52,219 nucleotides of DNA. Origin: an uncultured Bacilli bacterium. GTDB lineage: Bacteria; Bacillota_I; Bacilli_A; RF39; UBA660. The translations under genes and the position numbers were made by a program. Shown here piece by piece: positions 38,058-46,229 of this stretch (positions are counted from its first letter, which is position 1; each line of letters begins with the position of its first letter). The notes below the pieces were generated by a model that was not told where the DNA came from, ran no database searches, and was given only the letters and a program-made list of their open reading frames with translations. Location of the stretch: contig CALVKE010000025.1 in the NCBI GenBank assembly GCA_944332535.1, forward strand, positions 1 to 52,219, read 5' to 3'.

Positions 38058-40508
38058 ATGGACAGATTAGAACAAAATAATATTGTAAAAGAAGTAAAAG
38101 ACTCTTTTATTGATTATTCTATGAGTGTTATTACAGCAAGAGCAATTCCGGATTTACGGGATGGTTTAAAGCCGGTTCATCGTCGTATTTTATATTCGAT
38201 GTATGAATCTGGTTATACCCCTGATAAACCTCATAAGAAGAGTGCAAAAACAGTCGGAGAGGTTATGGGTACTTACCATCCACATGGAGATAGTTCCATT
38301 TATGAAGCGATGGTTCGAATGGCTCAAGATTTTTCTTATCGGTATATGTTAATTGATGGACATGGTAACTTTGGTAATATAGAAGGTTCTGGTGCTGCTG
38401 CCATGCGTTATACCGAAGCTAGATTGTCTAAGATTTCGCTTGAACTATTAAGAAATATTAATAAAAATACGGTTAATTTTGAATCAAACTATGATGAATC
38501 TACAAAGGAACCTTCTGTGTTACCTTCTCGATTCCCAAATATTTTAGTAAATGGTACAACGGGTATTGCTGTTGGAATGGCTACTAATATTCCACCGCAT
38601 AATTTGAGAGAAGTAATCAATGGATGTGTTGCATATATTGATAATCCTAATATTGATGTAGCTGGATTGATGCAACATATTAAAGGGCCTGATTTTCCAA
38701 CGGGAGCGATTATTTTAGGAAATAGTGGTATCAGAAAAGCTTACGAAACTGGTAGGGGAACGATTACTATTAGAAGTCGTGCTCAAATAGAAGAAAAAAA
38801 TGGTAAGCAATATATTATTATCACAGAAGTTCCATATGGAGTGAATACTTTAGAGTTAAAAAATAAAGTAGCGGAACTTGTACATAATAAAACGATTGAA
38901 GGTATCGCAGATTATCATTCTGATTTGAAGAATGGTATTAAGATTACGATTACTTTGAAAAAGGACGCCAACGCGCAAGTTGTCTTGAATAAATTGTATA
39001 AACATACGGCTTTTCAAACGACTTATGGAATTATTTTCTTGATGCTAGATCAAGGAGTTCCAAAAACACTTGGTTTATATGATATCATTTCAAAATATAT
39101 TGATTTCCAAAAGGAAGTTATTATTCGAAGAACTAAATTTGATTTAGAAAGTGCTGAAAAACGTGTTCATATTTTAGAAGGATTGAAGATTGCTTTAGAT
39201 CATATTGATGAAGTGATTAAATTAATCCGCGGATCGAAATCCGATGAAGAAGCGAAGGCTGGTTTAATTAGTAAATTCGGTCTTTCCGAGGCCCAAGCAA
39301 ATGCAATTCTTGAGATGAGATTACGTCGTTTGACTGGTCTAGAAAGAGAAAAAATTGAAAATGAATTAAATGAGTTATTAGCATTAATCGCTGAATTGAA
39401 AGCCATTTTAAGTAGTGATGAGAGAGTATTAGAAGTTATTAAAAAAGAATTGTTAGAAATTCGCGATAAATATGGTGATGAGAGACGAACGCAAATTGAT
39501 ATGACAGCTATTGAATATATTGAAGACGAATCATTGATACCTATCGAACAAATGATTGTTACTTTAACGAACAAGGGTTATGTTAAGAGAATGCCTGTGG
39601 ATACTTATCGTACACAAAATCGAGGAGGAGTCGGAGTAAAAGGAATGGCAACTAATGAAGAAGATTTTGTGGAAAAAATGATTTTTATGGAAACCCATGA
39701 TTATATTTTATTCTTTAGTAATAAAGGAAAAGTATATCGTATGAAGGGATATGAAATTCCAGAATTTAGCAGACAAAGTAAGGGAGTGCCAATTATTAAT
39801 TTATTACCTTTGGATAAAGGGGAATTGATTACTTCTATCGTTACTTTAGATGCTAGTGAACATGACTATAAGTATTTAATGTTTGCTACTCGAAACGGTA
39901 CTGTAAAACGTACTAATATTGAGGAATTTGATAATATTCGAAATAGTGGAAAAATTGCTATTACTTTAAAAGAAGATGACGACTTGATTTCGGTTAGAAA
40001 GACTACTGGTTCTGATGAGTTTATCATTGGTGCAAGTAATGGTCGTATGGTTCGCTTTAGTGAGGAAGAAGTTAGAGTAATGGGACGTTCTGCTTCTGGA
40101 GTTAAGGGAATTGACTTAGATGGAGCTACTGTGATAGGTGCCGAAGTTATTCAGGGAAATGAAAACGTTTTGATCGTAACAGAAAAAGGATATGGTAAGA
40201 AGACTCCTATTGATGAATATCGTTTAACTCATCGTGGTAGTAAAGGAGTTAAAGCTCTTAATGTTACGGAGAAAAATGGAATGTTAGTTTCATTGAAAGC
40301 AATTAATGGAGATTACGATTTGATGATTATTACAGATAGTGGAGTCATTATGCGTATGCCAATGGATCAGATTTCTACATTAAAGCGAGCAACGCAAGGA
40401 GTTAGACTTATTAATTTAAGAGATGATCAGAAGGTCGCAACAGTTGCTCTCGTAGCAAAAGAGACTAGTGATGAAGTATTAGATGATGATAGTAAAGAGG
40501 ATGCATAA
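38058..40508 (+). CDS. gyrA: DNA gyrase subunit A
   Basis: The ATG at 38058 lies 7 nt after TAGGAGG; QRDR region ([17 protein letters not shown]), active-site AAMRYTE and a beta-pinwheel CTD. Confidence 0.98.
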   Translation: MDRLEQNNIVKEVKDSFIDYSMSVITARAIPDLRDGLKPVHRRILYSMYESGYTPDKPHKKSAKTVGEVMGTYHPHGDSSIYEAMVRMAQDFSYRYMLIDGHGNFGNIEGSGAAAMRYTEARLSKISLELLRNINKNTVNFESNYDESTKEPSVLPSRFPNILVNGTTGIAVGMATNIPPHNLREVINGCVAYIDNPNIDVAGLMQHIKGPDFPTGAIILGNSGIRKAYETGRGTITIRSRAQIEEKNGKQYIIITEVPYGVNTLELKNKVAELVHNKTIEGIADYHSDLKNGIKITITLKKDANAQVVLNKLYKHTAFQTTYGIIFLMLDQGVPKTLGLYDIISKYIDFQKEVIIRRTKFDLESAEKRVHILEGLKIALDHIDEVIKLIRGSKSDEEAKAGLISKFGLSEAQANAILEMRLRRLTGLEREKIENELNELLALIAELKAILSSDERVLEVIKKELLEIRDKYGDERRTQIDMTAIEYIEDESLIPIEQMIVTLTNKGYVKRMPVDTYRTQNRGGVGVKGMATNEEDFVEKMIFMETHDYILFFSNKGKVYRMKGYEIPEFSRQSKGVPIINLLPLDKGELITSIVTLDASEHDYKYLMFATRNGTVKRTNIEEFDNIRNSGKIAITLKEDDDLISVRKTTGSDEFIIGASNGRMVRFSEEEVRVMGRSASGVKGIDLDGATVIGAEVIQGNENVLIVTEKGYGKKTPIDEYRLTHRGSKGVKALNVTEKNGMLVSLKAINGDYDLMIITDSGVIMRMPMDQISTLKRATQGVRLINLRDDQKVATVALVAKETSDEVLDDDSKEDA

Positions 40509-40528
40509 AATGCATGCCTCTTTTTTTT
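40497..40528 (+). terminator. gyrA terminator
   Basis: Hairpin GAGGATGCAT-AAA-ATGCATGCCTC followed by T8. Confidence 0.7.
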
Positions 40529-40580
40529 GTGGATAAAAATATATTGGTTAAATAATACTCTGTGGAAATTTTAAATTTAT

Positions 40581-40604
40581 ACAATGTTTCACGTGAAACA
40601 TTGT
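40581..40604. repeat. Unit 1: solo parS, 24-bp perfect palindrome ACAATGTTTCACGTGAAACATTGT
   Basis: Core TGTTTCACGTGAAACA matches the parS consensus; no CCCGGG palindrome follows. Confidence 0.85.
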
Positions 40605-40774
40605 TATTTTTTTATCTTTTTTTATTTGTAAAAACTTTTATATAGATTAATTTGTTATGTTTTAATAATGAATTAATATATGTATGATAATGATTTATTT
40701 ATATAAAAATATAAAATAATTTGGTAATTGGAGATAGATAGCTTACATTGTTTTTTATAAAATAGTAAATATTT

Positions 40775-40846
40775 TTGCACATGTTTCACGTGAAACATTG
40801 TCAATTTGTGAATAAAAAAACATAAATTATTTCCCGGGAAATAATT
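40775..40846 (+). repeat. Unit 2: parS (40781-40798) + NBS (40825-40846)
   Basis: TTGCAC-ATGTTTCACGTGAAACAT-TGTCAATTTGTGAAT..-AATTATTTCCCGGGAAATAATT; centre-to-centre 46 bp. Confidence 0.88.
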
Positions 40847-41120
40847 TGGTTAGCAAGTATTTCATTTATTATAAAAAAATTAATATAAAATTTTATACAA
40901 GTATGTTAGGTGCTTTACTATTATATAATTTATATCAGTTAAATAGCTTTTACTTATTATCGGAACTTTATATTTTTAAAATGTCTCATGATAAGTATTT
41001 AAATAAAATAGTAAATTTATTTCCCAGAAATGAAATTTATTTAATTATAAAGGAAAAAATAAAACTAAAAATTAAGGATAATTAGAAATAATAATTTAAT
41101 TTAGTATGGATTAACATTTT

Positions 41121-41190
41121 TTGCACATGTTTCACGTGAAACATTGTTATTTTGTGAATTAAAAGTAAAAATTATTTCCCGGGAAATAAT
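41121..41190 (+). repeat. Unit 3: parS (41127-41144) + NBS (41170-41190)
   Basis: Both palindromes perfect; centre-to-centre 45 bp. Confidence 0.88.
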
Positions 41191-41304
41191 CTTCTTCTTA
41201 AAAAAATATAATTTATAATAGAAATAATAAAATATTAAGGAAGTTATATAAATAGTATTAAAAAAATAGATATACTATTTATATTCAGATAAATTTAATA
41301 TTTT

Positions 41305-41374
41305 TTACACATGTTTCACGTGAAACATTGTCAGTTTGTGGATTAAAAGTGAATTTATTTCCCGGGAAATAATT
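41305..41374 (+). repeat. Unit 4: parS (41311-41328) + NBS (41355-41372)
   Basis: Both cores perfect; 5' flank TTACAC instead of TTGCAC; centre-to-centre 44 bp. Confidence 0.88.
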
Positions 41375-41661
41375 TTTTAAAACTTTTTCATTTTATTTTA
41401 CTACAATAATTATTTATTATATAAGATTAATACAAAGTTAATATAACATATGATGATAGATGATTTTATATTATATAAATTTATATTTGGAAAATATATC
41501 TTATGATGAAGTAATAAAAAATTGTTAGAAAGCACTATATGCAAAATAATAATAATAATAACTTTTTAAAATAAGATTTTTATTTATTATAAAAAATATT
41601 ATTTTAATTATAGATATTAAGATGAACAAAAATATATTTTAATTAGTATGAACTAATATTT

Positions 41662-41732
41662 TTGCACATGTTTCACGTGAAACATTGTCAATTTGTGAAT
41701 TAAAGATATAAATTATTTCCCGGGAAATAATT
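41662..41732 (+). repeat. Unit 5: parS (41668-41685) + NBS (41711-41732)
   Basis: Both palindromes perfect; centre-to-centre 45 bp. Confidence 0.88.
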
Positions 41733-41915
41733 TGCATAATCTTTTTATATTAATTTTTAATATTTACAATGTTTTTTTGTTTTCCTATATAAGGAATTAA
41801 GTTTATATATAATAATATAAATAGAAATTTTATTTTTTTGTAGATTTTCATTTTTTAATATATAGTAGTAAAGATCGTATCAGTAGAATACTAGATAAGT
41901 AATCAAGAAAAAATT

Positions 41916-41987
41916 TTGCACATGTTTCACGTGAAACATTGCTATTTTTGAAATTAAAAAAAGAAAATTATTTCCCGGGAAATAATT
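41916..41987 (+). repeat. Unit 6: parS (41922-41939) + NBS (41966-41987)
   Basis: Both palindromes perfect; centre-to-centre 46 bp. Confidence 0.88.
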
Positions 41988-42163
41988 TAATACAATTTTA
42001 ATATTTGCTATTTCAAATGAATAATTGAAAATAGAAATCTATATGGGTAAGTTATTAAACTCTATTTATATAGGTGAATGATATTTAAAAAAATTCTTTT
42101 TAAATAAATATTTTGTATTAGTATGAAACTTATTAAAAATATTATTTATTATTATAAAAAAAT

Positions 42164-42235
42164 TTGCACATGTTTCACTTGAAACATTGTCATTTTTGAA
42201 ATTAAAAAAAGAAAATTATTTCCCGGGAAATAATT
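42164..42235 (+). repeat. Unit 7: degenerate parS (42170-42187, G->T at 42179) + NBS (42214-42235)
   Basis: ATGTTTCACTTGAAACAT has one central mismatch; the NBS is perfect; centre-to-centre 46 bp. Confidence 0.85.
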
Positions 42236-42338
42236 TTTATTGAGTTCGCACCCAAAGGTATAACTTTTTTTAAATAAAAATAGATATATTAAAGATTATA
42301 GGATAAACTTTTAAAGTTTAGATAAATCTATAGTTTTT

Positions 42339-42410
42339 TTGCACATGTTTCACGTGAAACATTGTCGTTTTTAAAATTAAAAAAGTAAAATTATTTCCCG
42401 GGAAATAATT
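42339..42410 (+). repeat. Unit 8: parS (42345-42362) + NBS (42389-42410)
   Basis: Both palindromes perfect; centre-to-centre 46 bp. Confidence 0.88.
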
Positions 42411-42588
42411 TTAAATATCTTTTCTTAGAATTTAGTATGGAGATAGTCTATTTGTTAAAGTAAATATAAACTCTATTTAATCATAAAAGACTTTATATTA
42501 TTTTATATTCATATTAGACTTAATTTTCTTTATAAAAGCCATAATAGAAAATTTGTTTATGTCTAAAATTGGTTTAACTCTAAAAAAT

Positions 42589-42659
42589 TTGTATATGTTT
42601 CACGTGAAACATTGTTAATTTGTGAATAAAAAATAAAAATTATTTCCCGGGAAATAATT
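42589..42659 (+). repeat. Unit 9: parS (42595-42612) + NBS (42638-42659)
   Basis: Both palindromes perfect; 5' flank TTGTAT; centre-to-centre 45 bp. Confidence 0.88.
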
Positions 42660-42705
42660 TAGTGAAATTATAATTTTATTTATTTAAAAAAATATAAAGG
42701 TAGGC

Positions 42706-42734
42706 TTGCAATTATTAGAAGAATATTGTATTAT
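42706..42734 (+). promoter_or_regulatory. Candidate sigma-A promoter of the SRP RNA
   Basis: TTGCAA (42706-42711), 17 nt, TATTAT (42729-42734); predicted +1 near G42741. Confidence 0.5.
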
Positions 42735-42740
42735 TAATAC

Positions 42741-42816
42741 GTGCAATAAATGCGGTGGAACCAGGTCAGGATCGGAAGATAGCATCCTTAACACTTTGCA
42801 TTTATGTGCACTTTTT
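42741..42816 (+). ncRNA. ffs: Signal recognition particle RNA, short (4.5S-like) form
   Basis: Closing stem GTGCAATAAATGC...GCATTTATGTGCAC around the conserved domain IV core CCAGGTCAGGATCGGAAGATAGCATCC (GGAA tetraloop), then a T run. Upstream DNA is unstructured and AT-rich, so no Alu domain. Confidence 0.75.
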
Positions 42817-42835
42817 ATTTTGGTGGTGATTTTAG

Positions 42836-43282
42836 ATGTATCAAAAGAAATTCATGGATATTGCCTATAAAGAATCTATGAAAGCATTTAAAGAAAATGA
42901 AGTGCCAATTGGTGCAGTTATTGTAAAAGATGGAACTGTAATTTCTAGAGCGCATAACCAAAAGGAAAAGAAGCAATGTTCTCTTGCTCATGCTGAATTA
43001 TTGGCTATTCGAAAAGCTTCTAAAAAATTAAATAATTGGAGGTTAACTAATTGTGAAATTTATGTCACTTTAGAACCTTGTCCTATGTGTGCTTCGGCCA
43101 TTCATCAAGCTAGAATATCTAAAATATATTATTGTGTAGCAAGAGATAAAAATGATAATTCTACTATTATTCAAAATATTTTAGCTGATAATAATGCGAA
43201 TCATCCTGTGGAAATAGAAGTTGTAGAATACGATGAGAATCTTAAAAATCATTTGCAGGATTTTTTCAAAAAAAAGAGATAA
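42836..43282 (+). CDS. tadA: tRNA adenosine(34) deaminase
   Basis: 148-aa ORF with CDA zinc motifs HAE and PCPMC. Confidence 0.94.
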   Translation: MYQKKFMDIAYKESMKAFKENEVPIGAVIVKDGTVISRAHNQKEKKQCSLAHAELLAIRKASKKLNNWRLTNCEIYVTLEPCPMCASAIHQARISKIYYCVARDKNDNSTIIQNILADNNANHPVEIEVVEYDENLKNHLQDFFKKKR

Positions 43283-43341
43283 TGTCTTTTTTTTTTGCTG
43301 TAAAATTGATATAATATTCGGTAGAGATGTGGAGGTGGATG

Positions 43342-45066
43342 ATGGCATATCAAGCTTTATATCGTAAATACCGCCCACTTGATTTTACTAATGTAGTAGG
43401 ACAAGAAGCGGTTGTAAAAACATTAAAAAATGCATTAGAAAACTCAAAAACGTCTCATGCTTACATGTTTTCTGGACCTCGAGGAACCGGAAAAACAACC
43501 ATTGCAAAAATATTAGCAAAAACTATTAATTGTTTGGATCCTCACGATGGTATTTGTTGCGGAAAATGCAAAAACTGTTTATCTATAGCATCGAACGAAT
43601 GTACGGATATTATTGAAATTGACGCAGCAAGCAATAATGGGGTAGATGAAATTCGTGAAATTCGAAATAAAATCAATCTTGTTCCATCCGAATTGAAATA
43701 TAAAGTATATATTATCGATGAGGTTCACATGTTATCTATTGGTGCTTTTAATGCATTATTAAAGACTTTAGAGGAACCCCCAGAGCATGTGGTATTTATT
43801 CTAGCAACGACAGATCCTCATAAAGTTCCGATTACGATTATTTCTAGATGTCAGTGCTTTGAGTTCAAAAGAATTTCAGATGCGGAAATTATCGATCGAT
43901 TAGCTTATGTATGTAAGCAAGAAAATATTGAAATAGAGGAAGCAGTTCTTCAAAAAATCGCTAAAATTTCGGAAGGCGGAATGAGAGATGCCTTGGGAAT
44001 ATTAGATAAGGCTGCATCTTATTGCAACGATAAAATAACACTTTCTGATTTTAATCAAATTAATGGTTTAGTAGATTATGAATATAAAGAACAATTCCTT
44101 GATTTTATTTATCAAAAAGATGTTGTTCAATTGTTACAAAAAATCGATGACTTATATCAATCTGGCAAGGATTTAATTGTATTTATTCAAGATATTATGG
44201 AATTGCTAAGAGATAAAATGATTCGGTTTTATACAAAAAAAGAAGAGAGTTATCCTATCAATTTTATTATCTCATTAATTCATGAGCTTAATCAATTATT
44301 GGTGGATTGTAAAAACGTAAATAGTGTAAAAGTTTTGCTGGAAACTTCTTTATTGGGATTTATCAATGGGAATGTTGATTCCAAGAGAGAAACAGATTCT
44401 CCTGTTACTCATGAACCTAAAGTAGTTCCTTTGACTTCTATTCCTTCTCAAAAAGTTGATATTGTTCAACCAGTAAAGCCGGAAAAAGTAGAGGTAAAAA
44501 AAGAAGAGGAGAAGTCTATTGCGAATCCGGAAAAATTGGTTTCTAAAGAGGCGGAAGAAGATCCAAAATGGTTGGAAAATTATTTTCGAGTATGCGATGC
44601 CGTTGTAAATAATACGTTTGCTAGTGCCAAAAAAGAGTATCTATTGTTTATCAAAGAAAAGTTTCAACAATTGAACGACTTTGTTTTAGATCGTTCCTAT
44701 GGTGCTGCAGCATGTTATCTTATTGATTCTCAGGTTCGTGCCGCTGGAGAGCGATTTATGATAGTAACTTGTAACTATGAATCAGTATTAGAAAGAGGTA
44801 CTAAATTATTATACGTAATGGAAGAATTAATAGAAAAGATAACTGGTCATCGTTACAAGATTGCAATTATTACCAATCAAATGTGGGAAGAAGAAAAAAA
44901 GAAATTTATTGCTCGAAAAAATTCTGGCGAAAAGTACGAATTGCAAGAAGTTCCAGAAATGATTTTACCGAATGTTACTACTACGGAAGTGGAAAATTCT
45001 TCTTCCGATGATATTGTGCATCAAGCAATTGCCCTTTTTGGGGAAGATATTGTAAAAATTCAATAA
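43342..45066 (+). CDS. dnaX: DNA polymerase III subunits tau/gamma
   Basis: MAYQALYRKYRP start 6 nt after GGAGG (the ORF-track start at 43327 is too long); GPRGTGKTT Walker A, a zinc module CxxCxxC and the SRC motif. Confidence 0.95.
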   Translation: MAYQALYRKYRPLDFTNVVGQEAVVKTLKNALENSKTSHAYMFSGPRGTGKTTIAKILAKTINCLDPHDGICCGKCKNCLSIASNECTDIIEIDAASNNGVDEIREIRNKINLVPSELKYKVYIIDEVHMLSIGAFNALLKTLEEPPEHVVFILATTDPHKVPITIISRCQCFEFKRISDAEIIDRLAYVCKQENIEIEEAVLQKIAKISEGGMRDALGILDKAASYCNDKITLSDFNQINGLVDYEYKEQFLDFIYQKDVVQLLQKIDDLYQSGKDLIVFIQDIMELLRDKMIRFYTKKEESYPINFIISLIHELNQLLVDCKNVNSVKVLLETSLLGFINGNVDSKRETDSPVTHEPKVVPLTSIPSQKVDIVQPVKPEKVEVKKEEEKSIANPEKLVSKEAEEDPKWLENYFRVCDAVVNNTFASAKKEYLLFIKEKFQQLNDFVLDRSYGAAACYLIDSQVRAAGERFMIVTCNYESVLERGTKLLYVMEELIEKITGHRYKIAIITNQMWEEEKKKFIARKNSGEKYELQEVPEMILPNVTTTEVENSSSDDIVHQAIALFGEDIVKIQ

Positions 45067-45086
45067 AAAGAAAGAGGGAAATAAAT

Positions 45087-45386
45087 ATGAATATTCAAGC
45101 ATTAATGAAACAAGCACAAAGTTTACAAAAAGATATGATGAAAGTAAAAAGTGAAATTGATAAAAAGGAATTCACTGGAGAAAGTGCTCTTGTAAAAGTT
45201 GTTGTTACAGGAGACAAAAATATAGTTAAAATAGAAATTTCTAATAAAGAAGATTTATCAAAAGAAGATTTGGAAATATTAGAAGATATGATTGTTGTTG
45301 CTTTAAGGGATGCTTTTCAAAAAGTGGATAAAGAGTTAGAAGAAAAAATGGGTAAATTTGGAAATGCCATTCCTAGCTTTTTCTAG
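45087..45386 (+). CDS. ybaB: Nucleoid-associated protein YbaB/EbfC
   Basis: 99-aa ORF (MNIQALMKQAQSLQKDM...); dnaX-ybaB-recR synteny. Confidence 0.93.
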   Translation: MNIQALMKQAQSLQKDMMKVKSEIDKKEFTGESALVKVVVTGDKNIVKIEISNKEDLSKEDLEILEDMIVVALRDAFQKVDKELEEKMGKFGNAIPSFF

Positions 45387-45394
45387 GAGTCATT

Positions 45395-45991
45395 ATGTAT
45401 CCGGATAGTTTAAAGCGATTGATAGACTCTTTTCAATATATTCCAGGAGTAGGGCGTAAAACTGCAGAAAGATATGCTTTTGCTATAATGGATTTGCCTG
45501 AAGAACGCCTTCGCTTTTTTCAAGAAAGTATGGAAGATGTAAAACAGAAGATTCATACTTGTGCTATTTGTAATAATTTAACGGAGGAAGAAGTTTGTTA
45601 TGTCTGTTCTGATCCTCTTCGTAACCAGGAAATTCTTTGTGTAGTAGAGGATGTAAAAAGTTTATTTTTATTTGAAAGACTCGGAATTTATCACGGTTTA
45701 TATCATGTTTTAAACGGATTGATTTCTCCTTTAGACGGAATTAATCCGGAAGATATTCAATTAGATAAATTATTAGATAGAATTCGTGCAGGCCATTTTA
45801 AAGAAATTATCTTAGCTTTTAAACCAAGTGTCGAAGGAGAAACGACGGCACTTTATATTAAAAGAATTCTAGATGGTATGCCTTTGACAGTATCTCGGAT
45901 TGCCAGCGGAATTCCAATTGGAGCAGATATGGAGTATATGGATGCCATGACTTTGGAACGAGCTTTGGCAGATCGGAAGAATTTAGAATAA
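45395..45991 (+). CDS. recR: Recombination protein RecR
   Basis: 198-aa ORF with HhH (IPGVGRKTAERYAF), a C4 zinc finger and a Toprim domain. Confidence 0.95.
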   Translation: MYPDSLKRLIDSFQYIPGVGRKTAERYAFAIMDLPEERLRFFQESMEDVKQKIHTCAICNNLTEEEVCYVCSDPLRNQEILCVVEDVKSLFLFERLGIYHGLYHVLNGLISPLDGINPEDIQLDKLLDRIRAGHFKEIILAFKPSVEGETTALYIKRILDGMPLTVSRIASGIPIGADMEYMDAMTLERALADRKNLE

Positions 45992-46029
45992 TTTGTCCCA
46001 TAGGTCATAATCTTAAGTAGAGGTGACTT

Positions 46030-46215
46030 ATGAAATATATTATAGCTATTTTGAAGAGAATTATTTTGGGTTTTGTTATCTTATATGGATATAATATGAT
46101 AGCAGTTAATTTTAATATGGTGATGCCAATTAATGTGGTTACTGTAGGACTTACTAGTTTGTTGGGCTTTCCTGCTCTTTTCTCCTTAGTATTATTATTC
46201 GTTCTTGTGTATTGA
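46030..46215 (+). CDS. bofA: BofA-like small membrane protein (pro-sigma-K processing inhibitor family)
   Basis: 61-aa two-TM ORF; the segment MPINVVTVGLTSLLGFPALFSLVLL resembles B. subtilis BofA (VPINLVTTAISGILGIPGIAALVVI); located after recR as in Bacillus. Confidence 0.6.
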   Translation: MKYIIAILKRIILGFVILYGYNMIAVNFNMVMPINVVTVGLTSLLGFPALFSLVLLFVLVY

Positions 46216-46229
46216 AGGAGAGTGGTAAT

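Larger units (their letters stand above)
40581..42659. repeat. Tandem array of one solo parS and eight composite parS+NBS modules in AT-rich non-coding DNA
   Basis: Nine copies of ATGTTTCACGTGAAACAT and eight copies of TTATTTCCCGGGAAATAA read directly; units are about 70-73 bp, all in the same orientation, separated by non-conserved AT-rich spacers. Confidence 0.9.

Noticed and set aside
40846-41085. 79-aa ORF (MVSKYFIYYKK...) inside the array
   Set aside because: It starts at a non-ATG codon inside an NBS palindrome. Its composition (I/K/N/Y/L-rich) is what AT-rich non-coding DNA yields, it has no RBS, and no equivalent ORF exists in the other spacers.
40581-42659. Interpreting the repeat/spacer pattern as a CRISPR array
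   Set aside because: The repeats are about 70 bp composite units made of two long perfect palindromes. The spacers vary widely in length (roughly 100-290 bp) and are uniformly AT-rich. The window has no cas genes or leader. The palindromes match the parS and NBS consensus sequences exactly.
40775-42659. Calling each repeat unit a confident sigma-A promoter
   Set aside because: TTGTCA/TTGTTA plus a downstream A/T hexamer is suggestive, but the putative -10 differs between units and such hexamers are ubiquitous in this AT-rich DNA. The idea is kept only as an alternative hypothesis in the findings.
40509-42740. Expecting an rRNA/tRNA operon downstream of gyrA, as in Bacillus
   Set aside because: No 16S, 23S or 5S-like sequence and no tRNA cloverleaf signature (such as GGTTCGAATCC-like T-arms) is present; the region is far too AT-rich.
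25993-46229. Similar long N-terminal extensions in the ORF-track models of mnmG, dnaA, gyrA, dnaX, agrB, rsmI and holB
   Set aside because: In each case the family-typical start has a canonical RBS at an internal start codon, and the extension would run into the upstream gene or terminator. Shorter models were adopted.
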